A DNA stretch of 64,000 bases from Octopus vulgaris (Eukaryota), in contig OX597815.1 in NCBI GenBank assembly GCA_951406725.2, positions 173,538,001-173,602,000 of the forward strand. The letters run 5' to 3'. This document shows, piece by piece, positions 40,743-53,988 of the stretch. The position numbers were made by a program, and so were the translations under genes. The notes beneath the pieces are model-generated. The model was not told the origin of the DNA. It was given only the letters and a program-made list of their open reading frames with translations, and made no database searches. The stretch's first letter is position 1; the number at the start of each line of letters is the position of its first letter.

Positions 40743-42536
40743 ATATTGTTGATAATTTCTTTTTTTGTTCATAGGAGGATCAAACTGATTGATGCTTGTA
40801 TTAGAACTATCACTGGATTGCATAACAATAACACATGAGGCTTAAGACTCAGCTTCTCACCAAGGTAGAAGCACCCAGTACACTCTGTAAAGTGGTTTGC
40901 ATTGGGGAGAGGGGGGAATCCAGCCATGGAGACCATGCCAAAACAGACAAGAATCCTGCACAGCCCTTCAGTTGGTCAGCTTCTGTCAAACCATCCAGCC
41001 CATACCAACATGGAAAGTAGACATTAAATGATGATGATTATGGGGGGGGGGTTGCCCTTATATACAGGCTAGTCCCTTGCAACCCTCTCCAGCTGAGTAT
41101 GTCTAATCTCATGGGCTTATGAGTGCTGGTACCACGTAAAAAGCACCCATGCTGGTGTTGTGTAAAAGAACCCAGTACACTCTGTAAAGTGATTGGCTTT
41201 AGGAAAGCATTCAGCTGTAGGAAACACCAAAACAGACAGGGAGCCTAAACAGTCATTCAGCTGGTCATTTTCTGTCAAACTGTCTAACCCACGCTAGCAT
41301 GGAAAACAAACATTAAATGATGATGATGAATCACTACACATGAATACATTTAGTGCTAAGAAAACACAAAATTCTAAGAATACTCTGTACAAAATCAAAC
41401 TTATTCTGAATCCAAATATGTTACTGATCTCAGAAGCTAGAATGTAATAAAATTTATATCTACTGATCAGTCTAAATGATGATACCAGCAATTCTGACTT
41501 GGAATGACACTTTATGTCAAATCTGAAAGGATGAAAGCTAAAGTTGATCTTGATGGGATGAGAGCACAGAAATCCAAATACTGCAAAACATTCTATACTA
41601 TGTTTTAGCAGCTCTGACAATTCACCTTGTCTATTTATCTCTCTTACTATGTATATATGTGTGTGAGTGTGTATGTACAAACACACAGAATAATTCCACA
41701 ATTCTCACCAACCAAATTCTACTCACAAGTCATGATCAACTCATGGTTATGGTAGAAGTTACCTGCTTAAAGTGAGATCAAAACTAAAACCATGAAGCTG
41801 GGAAGTAAACTTCATATCAATACATTGTCATGCATTGATTACATTATTCTTCTGATTGTGATAAGTCAGAAACAAAAAAAATCAGTATTAGTTTCATATC
41901 TATAAAATAAATTAAGCAATGTAGGTATATAGTCAAACATAAAATCTTTAATATAAATCTTCAGGATATTAAAAAAAAAAAAATACTGAATTAGACTAGT
42001 CTGTAATTTTACTAAATTTATTCAAAATATAAGCCCTGAAAAAATTCATCTGAATCACAAAATCTACAAACTTTTTTCATACTTTGCAAATAAAAGTCCA
42101 GACTGAATTGAAATTGGCAAATACACATGAAACTGAATATTTAAAATCTCAAGATCAGTGTCACCTAAGTTGCTCTAAACCCTTTATAAATAAAACCAAT
42201 TAAAATGCTTCCAAAGAACATTCCACCATTTACTTATTTTTTAAACAATTAATAACAATACATCCAATAAAATCTTTACTAGACAAAGAAATATAAAGAT
42301 GCAAAACAGTAAATTATTGCCTGCATTGATTCTGTATCATCTCAAGCATACTAAGTTTTAACCTCATACTTTCAAGTTAAGAGCAGCTGTCATAAGTATC
42401 TTCCAATTGCAGTTCATGGCACTTCTATTTTCCTCTACTATTCACTGTTTATTCAAAACATATATCCACATCAAAACAGTTATGTTACTCTATCAAGTAC
42501 TGAGTCACTCTCGACTTACAGTCTTCAAAGGAAGAA

Positions 42537-42741
42537 AATATTCTTTTCTACTCTAAGCACAAGGCTCAAAATATTTGGGGAGGGGGCCAGTCGATTAGAT
42601 CCACCCCAGTATGCAACTGGTACTTAATTTATCAACCCCAAAAGAATGAAAGACTCAGAATTTGAGCTCAGAACGTGAAGACAGAAGAAACACTGCTAAG
42701 CATTCCGCCCAGTAGGCTAACGTTTCTGCCAGCTCGCCACC
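42537..42741 (-). mobile_element. tRNA-derived SINE, family B
   Basis: The minus strand begins ggtggcgagctggcagaaacgttagc and has a B-box-like tctgagctcaaattc. Other copies lie at ~1098-1190, 19685-19878, 28340-28512 and 41500-41627 (all minus). Confidence 0.85.
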
Positions 42742-44924
42742 TCAATGGAAGAAAATTTTAAACAACCAATGGATCATTTCTCTCCAGTTTCAACAGATCT
42801 TTCACATTCAATGTTCATAGCCATGTCTTACAATTGGTTCATACAGTTAGAATTTTGCAGTGAGAAAATCTGTATTGCAAACTGGAATAAAAGCACCCTG
42901 AATTTATTCCATTCATTTCTTAAATTAACTTCAAAGATCTCACCATGAGAAAGTAATAGACCTAAAGTAATAGACCTATTGCAGCCCTTACATGATCACC
43001 AGGATGTTATTATAATAGTTTCAAATATTGTCAAATATTATATTTAATAGTATTGTTCTAGTAAATACTTTAAAATGAAAGTTCATGTTTATCTATGTAT
43101 TCCATACATGAAAACAATCTGGTCAGTGTCACTATCTCAGTCAGAAATACAATCATATATGAAATATGAGAGAATAATATTCGAAGCTAAATAGCAAGGA
43201 TAGAGAAATGTGGTCTCATCTGCTAGGTACAAGTATCTTAGAGTACTACATTAACGTGACATTCTTCTAAGTAAAAATGCAAAATTACAATATCATCACA
43301 ATGTTGGACGGACAAATCAATGTTGGAGATTATTAAATGGAACTTTAAAGATCTGATTATTCTAAAATGAATGTAGTTATTCTGACTGCAATTATATGAA
43401 TAAAATAAAGCTTATAACTACACACAGAAAATAATTAGAAATAAAGACAAAGTAAACCCAGACATATTTCTCGTATTTGAGAGTGAAATACGGTAAACAG
43501 AATTTAGACAAAGATCTAAAGACTTAAGATCCATACAAATCTATAAGCAAGGAAATAATTTGAGAATGAGAGTCTATTATAGTTAACAAGCAGCTGTTGA
43601 GGTGCATTTCTTAAGCCTTTCTTTTATGTCGCTTGGATATATTGATATGAAACAGATGTATGGTGTTCATTCTTCTAACAGAATTCAAAAGAAATATATT
43701 TGTTCATTAGAACTCTAAGAAGCACCAAAAGAATTAACAGACATAATATTAAAGAAGAATCTAACTACAATAAGACAGCCTAAGCTATTTCTTCCAAAAG
43801 TATTATTACAAATGTCTGTAAGCAGCAGCATGGATGGTTTGTTTTAACCAGTGTGAATCAAATGGATATGAGAAGAAACTGATATACTTTTAAATGAATA
43901 AATTTTCAAATTTAGCTCCTTGTTGAAAATTAAATACAAATAAAATGAAAAGTTTTGAAATCTGGAAAATTTTCTGTAACTTACTAAACAAAAGAAGGCA
44001 TTAATAGAAAAGAATGGTATATAGTGTGTTAAAGAAGAAAAAAAAAAACCAGAAGCTAATGTTATGTTAAAGGGTCTCCCCCCCCCCCAAGGAAATTCAA
44101 ACATAGTCATATTTGAAAATTTAATAATTTTTCACAAAACCAAGGATGACTGTGCACATTGCATGGACTGAAAGCTATCTCACTCTGTAAATAACAACTG
44201 GCTCTTCTAGCATTTGTCAAGAGAGTTTCTACCAGCTTGCCAAATCCTCTGATCCACTACTCTTCAAACAATAAAGCTTTCACATTTGCTATTCACTTGA
44301 GAAAGCTTTCATATTTACTGCTCCCTTTCCTCCCAACCCTACAAGCATGCACTAAACTAAACTCCTGAAAACACTCCAATACTCAGGTCATCTCCACATG
44401 CATTTAAGTGCACAATCTGACGATTTCTCATCATGACAATCTCTCTACCATTAACTCCTAATCTCCAAACTGAAATTTGTCTCTACAAAATTTCATCCCA
44501 TTTGACATACTACAAAATATTTAGTGTCTAAGGCAGGCAACCTTTGGCTTTGCCAACTGCCAACATACTCTCGCTTCCAACACTTTAAAGATGAAAGAAA
44601 CACTTGTTAGTAATCACTTCCTTTGCCACTCTAAATCCATCTCCTTGCACAAAGATTTCATTTTTGAGAAGTTTGACAAAAGTAATGCTATTGCACTTGA
44701 AATAATCGTAGCCTTTGAATGTGTCTAGCATGAGAACCCGCAGCTTAAGTTGCCTGGTTATAGTTCCATCAAGGACTAGAAGTTTCTTGTTTAGACTATC
44801 ATTGCAGATGTGCCAAAAGGAGTATCTTCTAAAAATACAATCAACTCTGGTGTAATTCACAGTTTGATTTTGTCTCTCACACTCTTCCTTCTGCACACCA
44901 TCAGTCAGCTTGCTGTCATTTTAA

Positions 44925-45145
44925 CCCTTTAGTGTTCGCATTATTTTGCCAAAATTAATGCTTCTTCATCTACATCGTTTTGAATTAATCATGCATTATC
45001 TTGTAGCTATGAGATTTTGATGAAGTAGCTGTTAATTTTTTAAACAATATTGTAGGGTTGGTGTGAGAGACCAGATACGGCTAGTTTGAACATAAAACAG
45101 GTAGAATATTTTTGGCCGGATATGGCCGGTTTAAATGCTAAAGGG
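44925..45145. mobile_element. piggyBac-type MITE (221 bp)
   Basis: Reads TTAA|ccctttag ... ctaaaggg|TTAA: CCC/GGG termini, TTAA TSD, no ORF. It is inserted into an older LINE remnant. Confidence 0.85.
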
Positions 45146-45429
45146 TTAAACAACACTCATTCCTAATGTAGGCCCCCTTTACCTTCTGCCCACATATATT
45201 ATTCTCGAACAATATAGATTGACAACCTGCTTCCATGAATCAAAACCTTGAAAATGCTTTCTAATAGGGATATGACAAACTGTTCTACTTTAATAGCACA
45301 AAGACACCATCACTACAGGTATCAAAGAATCATTCTTGACTGTACCTTCCCAAAATCATACCAGAAGTTATTTCTCATAAAGATCATTTTATGAAATAAT
45401 CTCCCCATCCACAAACCAATGAGAATTTC

Positions 45430-45620
45430 TAAGTGGTTGCTCAGTCTGCTAGAAACAGCAGACAAACCCTCTTCAAATCACACTCTACTCTTTGAAATGA
45501 AAAGATGCATTGGACAATGCAATCCTAGATACATGCTTAAAAAGAGAGGAAGGTGACAGACAGAATTCTCTTGATGATAGGTCTGTTCATTCAGAGTTGA
45601 CTTGGGGTTAAACAACAAAC
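45430..45620 (+). repeat. Old interspersed repeat, family D, with (AAC)n-type tail
   Basis: The motif ctgctagaaa...cttcaaatcacac...gat.ataggtctg...tcagagttgac.tgggg.taaacaacaa recurs at ~26310, 31810 and 47205 (+) and ~1245, 46710 and 47645 (-). Confidence 0.65.
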
Positions 45621-48602
45621 TCCTCTTCCTACCCAGATTTTTCTCCCAGACATCAATCTGCAGATGTTCAAACTTATTGTCAATTATGTCAATCTCACCA
45701 GTCCAGGAGGGCTTGAAAAGGTTACAGGCACTACCTTTCCATTGATTAATTTTTAATTAATTAATAGTTTTAAAAAATGGTGGTAGCCACCTGAAGTTAT
45801 TTTCACACTAGGCTTTCAAAATGTATTTCAGTCAAATATGAGGTTTCAGAAATGTCAAATAATGTTTTATAATTAATATCAATGAATCAAAAGAGAGAAG
45901 ATAAAGAAACAAAATAGCTGCTTCTATCTTGGTTTTTCATAGCCAAATAAAAAATTATTTCTATTTTTGTAATTGCAAGCACAAATAACTTTATGAGAGA
46001 TAACAATAAAAGTACTGGAAATAAGTGGTTGGAATTTTAACTTTAAATATACTACACATTTAGCCTTAAACTATGGTTTATCTAAATCAAACTGAGAAGT
46101 ATAATTCATTTTATTCCAGTGTAAGAAATTGTAATTACGTACACAAATTTTTTTAGGCTCTGATTATGCAGAATAAAGGTAGATTTTATCAGCAAGAAAA
46201 TAAACTACCAAAAACAAAAACGTATGCACAAATTTAAATAAAATCCAAGCCAAATTATGAACATAGTGTTACAGAACTCATTCTAGAAATCAGTAAGAGG
46301 GCATTATGCCTGAGAAAGGAGTGCGGTGAGGGTGTGTGGATAATGCAGTGGATGTTAGCTGAACTTAGTGGTAATGCATTTCCCATCTTGTCCATAGCAC
46401 ATAGTGCAAATAAGTTGTTTAGTGTGAAGTTTCTTTGTTTCTTATTTTATTTTTATTTTTGCTGTAAATATGTGGGGTTTTTTTTTTTTGTTTTGAATTG
46501 TATCTTAGTAAATATAAGTATAGAGTTTTGGGTGCTTACTATGAATTAAATAATTTCTGAAACTCAGTTCTATCCAACCAAATAAGTGCTAACTCTGTAA
46601 TATTTGAATTACATAAAACATTCAGAAATATCTAAACTGCTTTAGAGAGATTTAGGTTAAGAAGCAAAAAACCCAAACAACATTGAATTCCAGAAAACTT
46701 TAGTCATCCCCAGGTTAAGCCCAATTGATCAGATCTATGATCAAAGACAAGCTAACAATGATTAATCCAATCTGTTTTTCAGGTGTGCATGTGTGTGTAT
46801 GAGGGGTAGTTGTATATGATGTCATAGCCAATATGTCATTCCTTGTTTAAATTAGAGACCCTGCACTCTGTGTGGTAATGGTTAATGGGGTACCCCGACA
46901 AGATAAGTTGCCTTAGTTTGTATTAGCCACAGAAAATATCTTTTTTTTTAACAGTTTAGTCAGAAGAAAGACAGCAGCCATGACCCTAAGAGTGGTGAAA
47001 AGAATGGAGAAAAATCACTCTCAGGCTGGGGATTTGGTCTGAATGGTTGCAACAGAATAGATTCCATTATAGACACCAAAAGGCCATACCTGGGTGTGAA
47101 ACCAAGCTACAGATTACATCTACCACACAAGGACAGGAATGGTTGTGTTAGTTGTGGACATTACATAGTAACAGTGACAAAATATGAGCAAAAAAAAGAG
47201 CCTGTATAGTCTCTCAACTCTCTAAGAATAGCAATGAAATCTTTCCTACATCATCTTGAATAAAAGAAAAAAAAGAGACACACCAAACAATATCAGTATA
47301 AATACACAAACAGAATGGTCATGAATGGAATATCCCATATGATACATCTAATAATTCAGGGCTGACCTGAGGCTAAATAAAAATATGGGATGCATATGAA
47401 CTGGCAATCCTACTGACTCGGTAGCCAGCTGAAATTTTAAATACATGTTCTAAGAAGTTGTTTTAACTCAAAATATTCCAGGCCATCTATATAAGAGAGG
47501 GAGAGAAAGAGAGATCCATGATCACATTCTTTAGGAATATATAACACTATACTATGTAACATATCCCTCTCTTCTTTTTAAAGATATAGAGTGTTAGCTA
47601 GGGGAGAGTCAAATAATTATATGGTGATTCTCTCACTGGCTAGTTGTTATTGTTTAGCCTTGTTTTGGTCTTGACTGAGCAAGCTTTGATCAAATACATT
47701 CTAGTATTGACCACTCCTTCTTCATAGGGGTATCTAGAGCTACATTTCCTCAAATAACACCCTATCATTAAATAACAGTGTTATATGAAGAAAATTTGGC
47801 TGCCATTTCTAGCAGGACAAGAGAATCCCTAGTCTGGAAGTGAATATCTATTGCACACCAGCCATTTCTAATCTCTAGTCTCCTTTGTTAACTAGATAAA
47901 GATTATCTACTTGGTAGTGGATGTCTATTGCAGGTCAGCCATTTCTGTACATCTCTTGCTTCTGAACCAAAATCCAGATGAAGCACCAAGTGATCGCTCT
48001 TAACAATTGGGTGGAGTTGATAGCCTCTGATTATAGCCTTCTTTTAATTAACTGATAAAATGGATTCAAAAATAATATGGGTATACATATAAAATAGGAT
48101 TCATAAATCAGGTAAATTTTCTTGGTTGCAATAAAATGATTATTTGTATACAGTTGTATAAAATATAGTAACAAAGTTAAAAATAATTCACAATTGTAAA
48201 ATCTAATTGCAACTTTTCTAACAATGTTTCTTGAATTGTTTTCTTTCTTCCTGACACTGACAACTTTACTATGTTTTTCTAGGTTTTCTTTTACCACTCA
48301 AAACAAACACTGATACTTGAATGTTGTTTTCTTAAGATATAAATAATTTAGCACAAAGTGCCATGCTTATTTTACCATGACTTGCTCCTAGGTAAATTTC
48401 TGTCTACTCCGCAAAATACTGTTTCATTTAATACAATTGTTACAGATGTCATTCTTAGAAATTGACTGCACAAAATCTGTATGGAACATAATCTTTCTAC
48501 CAATGAATTACTGCAATTTAGAGTAAAACATCACATGCTGCATATTAATTCATACCTCTGATGATATGTATGAGCAAGATTTTGATCTGATGCACAATAT
48601 AT

Positions 48603-48648
<46 letters not shown>

Positions 48649-51646
48649 TTCCTTTTTTTCCTGACATCATGTAAACAAGTGTTGCTAAATTTCAATCTTT
48701 TGTGAAACACATGTCTGTCTACACAGAAATATTATCTTTCTTAGAAACAAGTGAGGGTTGGTAACAGGGAGGGTATACTTCTATGGGAAACCTACTGATC
48801 TACCTCAACAAATTTTGTTTGACCCACACAAGCATGGAAAAGTGGACATTAAAACAACAAAATTATGATTAAAACTGTTTACACACACACAGTTAGATGA
48901 AAGCTTACATCACAGATTTGAAACTTCTGGAGTCTGTTATAAATGCGAAAATAGATTGTATTTAAATTTTATATAATTAATTCATCAGCACATAGTTTCC
49001 TTGCTCCACATATTTCAGGCAGAGTTTACAAATAAGCCATCAACCAGCAGTAATTTAACTTTATAACGATGACACAAATGTTGAAAGATCTCTGTGACAT
49101 AAGGTTTGGATGATTGCATTGGAATTACCATTTACCAGCAGAGTGGTTGTTTGGATAGGCTTGGGTTTGATTTTTATGATACATTTATCTCTTTTGTGGC
49201 CAGATGGAAACTAGTTTGCTGATACTACAATTCTTTTCAAGAACAGTCCTCATAGTAAGCAGAATGCACAGCAGCCAGAAACACTGAACAAAACAGTTCT
49301 GAACTTCATGAAATTATCTCTGCTTTTGTTACAAACATTTACTACAAAGTTTTTTTTCTTCTTTTTCTAAGTAAGGAGAAAATTACAATTAATTGAAAAT
49401 TCTTTGCATCTCATTCAGTACATCACCTCTTATTTACATAAAGTTAAGCCATTGGCCAGCTTGAATTATTTATTTCCTACTGCTCTTTTTGTTTTTATCT
49501 ATACAAATTAGTACTTGCCCAAAGCTCTTTGTAAGTCATTTTCTATTTGTAAAACTTTTTGCCTTTCTGATGAGGTCCAATAGGATTGAAATATGTTTAC
49601 AGTTGACTCCCCACCATCTCAATGCTTGCAAATAAAAGTCAGACTTCCATCTTGGCATGTATATAAATTTTGTGAGATTAATTCTCAAAGACTTGAAATT
49701 ATTTCCTCTTTTCTTCACTAACAGTTACTGCTAAGTTTTAGATTTTTTTCTTGAACTAAGAGGGGAAATCTCAATTTATATGAAAATTTTGGGGTTGCCA
49801 CTCAGCCTGTCACTTCTTAACTTACAAAACAAAATAAAATATTTTTGGTTTTCTTATTGAGCACTGCAATAAAAATAAGAAACAATTATTATTTTGGTTT
49901 ATTTGGCTCATTCAGTTCTCAGGGGTTTTTTTTCATCTTAGGGACAGATAAAGGCTCTAAATATTGGATAAAATGTATTTTTTCTGCTTCAAGCATAATT
50001 TAATTGTACCAGAAATCAACCCAGAAATACAAAAATGACAGTTAAGTTTACATTTTATCATTCATATTGCAAAGAACACTAAAGCAATTTTCATGTAGGT
50101 GTGTTGATGTACCAGCATGTACTCTAGGAGCATAGTATATGTTTACATAAACTATTCAGCTATCTTAAGATCATTAAGAAGACAGTCACTTGCATGTAAC
50201 TGATAAACAAAACAGGATGCTAACAAGTGCAGAGAAACCCTGCCACCTCCTCCCATAAGTCAAGGAAAGCAAGAGGAATAAGACAAATGAGATCACTTTT
50301 TTCATCCCAATCAGGGACAACAATTTTACAGAGCCAACAACATGAGATTTGATTTTGTCTTTTTGGTATTAACAGTACTGAATTTAAGAGTTCATGTTGA
50401 TATCAGTTAGGAAATAGTTCATTATAAGAAGTTCAGAATGCATGATGCAGAGGAACATTAAAATGTCAAATATAAATATAACAAATCAGTACTACATATA
50501 AAAGATACACAAAGTTTAACTACATTAAAACAGGCAACTAATTTATGTGGAGATAGTGAATGTAAATGAAACAACTTATCCAGGTTTTAGTAGTCTGCAA
50601 AATAACTAAAGCACTCTGACTCATTAAAAGTTAATTATGACTAAGAAGTCTACATTATACACACACACACATTAGTTTCCTTGACACATGTGTGTGTGTG
50701 TTTGTAGCATTGATGTAAGCACCACAAGAAAGGGGAGCATTGTATAAACTTCATTGAGAAAGAATATAGACAAGCAATAAGCATGTGTCAATTTCAGATT
50801 AAGTGAATAGAATATATAAAATACATGGCAATGAAACAACAAATTACTGATGTCCCACAATAAAAAGAAAATAATAAATGATAAATTTCATGATTAGAAT
50901 TTGTTGCATTAAAAATTTAAATGATTAAAACAAGAAAAATGAATATAACATCTAAATTTTTGTTAGATATTTGGTTCTTTATTTAAAAAACTGATTTTTT
51001 TTTTAAAGTTAGTAAAAAAATCTACAAAATCAGGTAAAACAAAAGTGCAAGCAGGTAAAGGTGATTGAAATTGATGAAAAAGCTTTCAAAACGCTGAAGA
51101 AATTTGTAAGCTATGTTTTGGGATCTAAAACACTTCCACGTGTATATCTAGTTTGGTTCATCAATTGCGTCTCCTAAAAACATGCAAATTGTGTAAGTAA
51201 GCAATAGATTTTATTAGCTTTAGTTTGTTAAGTAAGAAATTGTGTACAGAACTCCTTTAATATGGATTTCCATAAAACATTTTGTAAATTTAGGACCAAT
51301 TCAGTATAGAGTATCAAATGTAAAATCTCTTTTCCCAAATACTTTTCAATTTTAGGCACTTAGCAAATACAATCGTTTTGTTTTTAAATTCCTGTTTCCA
51401 TGAACCATGCACATGAAAAGTGTTATATAATATAGGAAAACACATTCTTTAACATAATCTATTGCACAATTTTACCCTTCATCAATTCCCTTCTGTATTT
51501 TCAGCCAACATGCCAGGTAAAAATTTTGTCATTGCATCACTCATCTTTTTTCTACATTTTTAGTAAAGCTTTATAAAAAAATAAAAAAATAAAATAACTG
51601 AAATAAATAATGAAGACAATAAATATTATTAATTACTGATTTTTAC

Positions 51647-51778
51647 CTGTAATTGGTCTCTCAGTCTCTTAACTTTCCTAATTTTCTCTTCATCATCTAG
51701 ATGCTTTATAATGTAATCTCCTTTCTTAACTAGCTGGCTTACTTTAGGCACCAATGTATTAAGTTCTTCATCTACTTC
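51647..51778 (-). CDS. Internal coding exon (132 nt, phase 0-0) of a spectrin-repeat protein (dystrophin/utrophin- or nesprin-like)
   Basis: The minus strand reads ttcttctattttag|GAAGTA...TTACAG|gtaaaa, with a canonical acceptor and donor. The open frame EVDEELNTLVPKVSQLVKKGDYIIKHLDDEEKIRKVKRLRDQLQ fits helix B and the start of helix C of a spectrin repeat. It is absent from the ORF track because it is short and has no ATG. Confidence 0.85.
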
Positions 51779-52897
51779 CTAAAATAGAAGAAAAATTATT
51801 CAGACTAAAACATATTTCTTCAAAAGCATATAATTAAAAGTATGCTTTTATTTTGAGGAGAAGATGAAATAATGTTTTGAAATCTTTCATCCTATATTTT
51901 AAATAACAACTGCTAAAATAACCACAGTACTTTAGTTTTATAGAGAAGGATATATTTGATGTAATGTGACATTTTTGCATAAATGAAGCGAAATGGCTTC
52001 TATGAGGTGAAACCTCAGTTGCAAACTTGATTTGCCAGAAACTCTACATAGAAATTGACATTAGATTTCTCAATATATTTTTAATGGAGCTATTTCTTTG
52101 AAGCGATTTTGGCTAGATTCAAATTCATATCATGAAATATGAAGAGATCATTGCATAACTCTGTTCTAAAAAATCAATTACACAAGTCAGAATAGAAAAC
52201 CCATATTACAAAAGAAATCTGTTTGAAATTGTGATGATAATTTATACTATAAGTGCAGCATTATAAGTGTCTAAGTGGCAATGGACAGCAAAGTGAAAAA
52301 ATGTGTGTAAGGAATATAAAAAAAATCCAACATAAACTTCATTTCACTTTGAAATTGAAATAAGTAAGAATAATATACTTCATTATAATTAACAAATCCT
52401 AAATGTGACTGGCAAAATAATAGGATTATGAATAAATTTAAGAAAGATTTCATGTAACTTTACAAAACAAACAATATGGGTTTTTAAAAATCAATTATAT
52501 TCTTTTATTTCATTATCCACTTTGAATCCAGTCTAAAGAAAAGATTTATTAAATTTAAGACAAAATAAAACAAATTTTAAATCATAAATCATAAAATTTA
52601 AATAGTTGAATAAACTCAGTTATTTATATAATTATACTTTCTAAAACTTTATATGATTTTCATACTGAACCTTACGATATGTAGCTACAACTAGATCAGC
52701 AAAAATAATCACAAAGCAGTCAAGAAAATATACTGATACAAAATTATAAATAATAATGAGATGAAAAGTAAAAAATAACAAATAATTGGAAAGCATAGAA
52801 ACAATCTTTGTGGAATCATCCAAACTTCTGCATCTTGATCTTGGTAGCTAGCTTTATGACAGTCACATTGAAAAGTGAATACATCAGCTATCAACTA

Positions 52898-53988
52898 TCA
52901 GGTCATCCCATAAGTTCTAGCCGTATTTTGAATAAAGAAAACAAGTGATCAAATGTTATATTTAATTGAAATTTAATCATCAATGTACTTTCCCTGATTA
53001 TCTATGACTTCCTTCCATCTATTTACAAGCTTTTTAATCACATCAATGTAAAACTCTTTTGGTTTCAAAGCGAAGAACTCTGAAATGTCAGTTTCGACCT
53101 CCTCCTAGCTTACAAAAGTTATGTCCCCCCAAATGACTCTGTAAACTATGAAACAAATGGTAGTCTGAAGGAGCAAGGTCAAGAGAATAAGGTGAATGAG
53201 GAATTTTTTCCCAACCAAGCTCTTCAATCTTCTGTGATGTGATCTTTGCAGTGTGGGGTTGCACATTTTCCTTTTTGATTCACTAAAGAGGGTCTTTTTT
53301 CCTTCAAAGCTTGGCTCAAACGCTCTAATTGCTGACAGTAGATTTGAGCATTGATTGTTGCATTAGGTGGTAACAATTCAAAGTGAATTACTCCTTTGCA
53401 ATCCCACCAGACAGAGAGAAGAACCTTTTTTCCATGAAGTTCCCTTCTCGGTTGTGGTTGAGCTTTTCCCCTTTTACCAAGCCACTGTTTATGACGTTTA
53501 ACATTTCGACAGAAGATTCATTTTGTGTCACCAGTCATAAGTCTAACCAAAAAGGGTGGAATGAGTTTGCAAGAATGGAGAGAAAAGCAGATGTTAACTT
53601 GGGATTTGCAGTTGCTTTTGAACAATTCATGAGGCACCCATTTTCCAAGTTTAGGAACCTTTCCAAGTTGTTGAAGATGACAATGAACAGTTGAATGGTT
53701 TGAGTAAGCTTTATTGCCAATTCTTCAACTTATAATGCAGGATTTTCTTCAAGTAATGCTTCAAGGAGCTTATCATCAAACTCAACTGGACGTCCTGTTC
53801 GATCTTCCTCTTCAAGGCTGAAATCTCCACTTCTAAATTTTGCAAACCATCTTCTGCAAGTTCTTTCATTCAATGTACACAAATGCATAAAAATAATTTT
53901 TAATTCCATTAGACATTCTAAAATACTATTAAATTTCATTCAATTTTAAAAAAAGGTAAAATTGGACAGAATTTATGGGATGACTTGA
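52898..53988 (-). mobile_element. Decayed Tc1/mariner (mariner-type) transposon, ~1.09 kb
   Basis: TIRs are tcaggtcatcccataagttct and agaatttatgggatgacttga, each flanked by TA. Transposase fragments include NERTCRRWFAKFRSGDFSLEEEDRTGRP (HTH) and PHSPYSLDLAPSDYHLF (YSPDLAPSD motif). Frameshifts and stops are present. Confidence 0.93.

Larger units (their letters stand above)
44140..45700 (+). mobile_element. CR1/Jockey-like LINE remnant interrupted by a piggyBac MITE and a SINE-like repeat
   Basis: The plus strand gives AIALEIIVAFECV*HE (compare ALDISKAFDRVWH) and INSGVIHSLILSLTLFLLH (compare SGVPQGSVLSPTLFLLY). Boundaries approximate. Confidence 0.6.

Noticed and set aside
53383-53694. Plus-strand ORFs over the mariners (also 56485..56715 and 56915..57178)
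   Set aside because: They are antisense shadows of decayed transposase genes.
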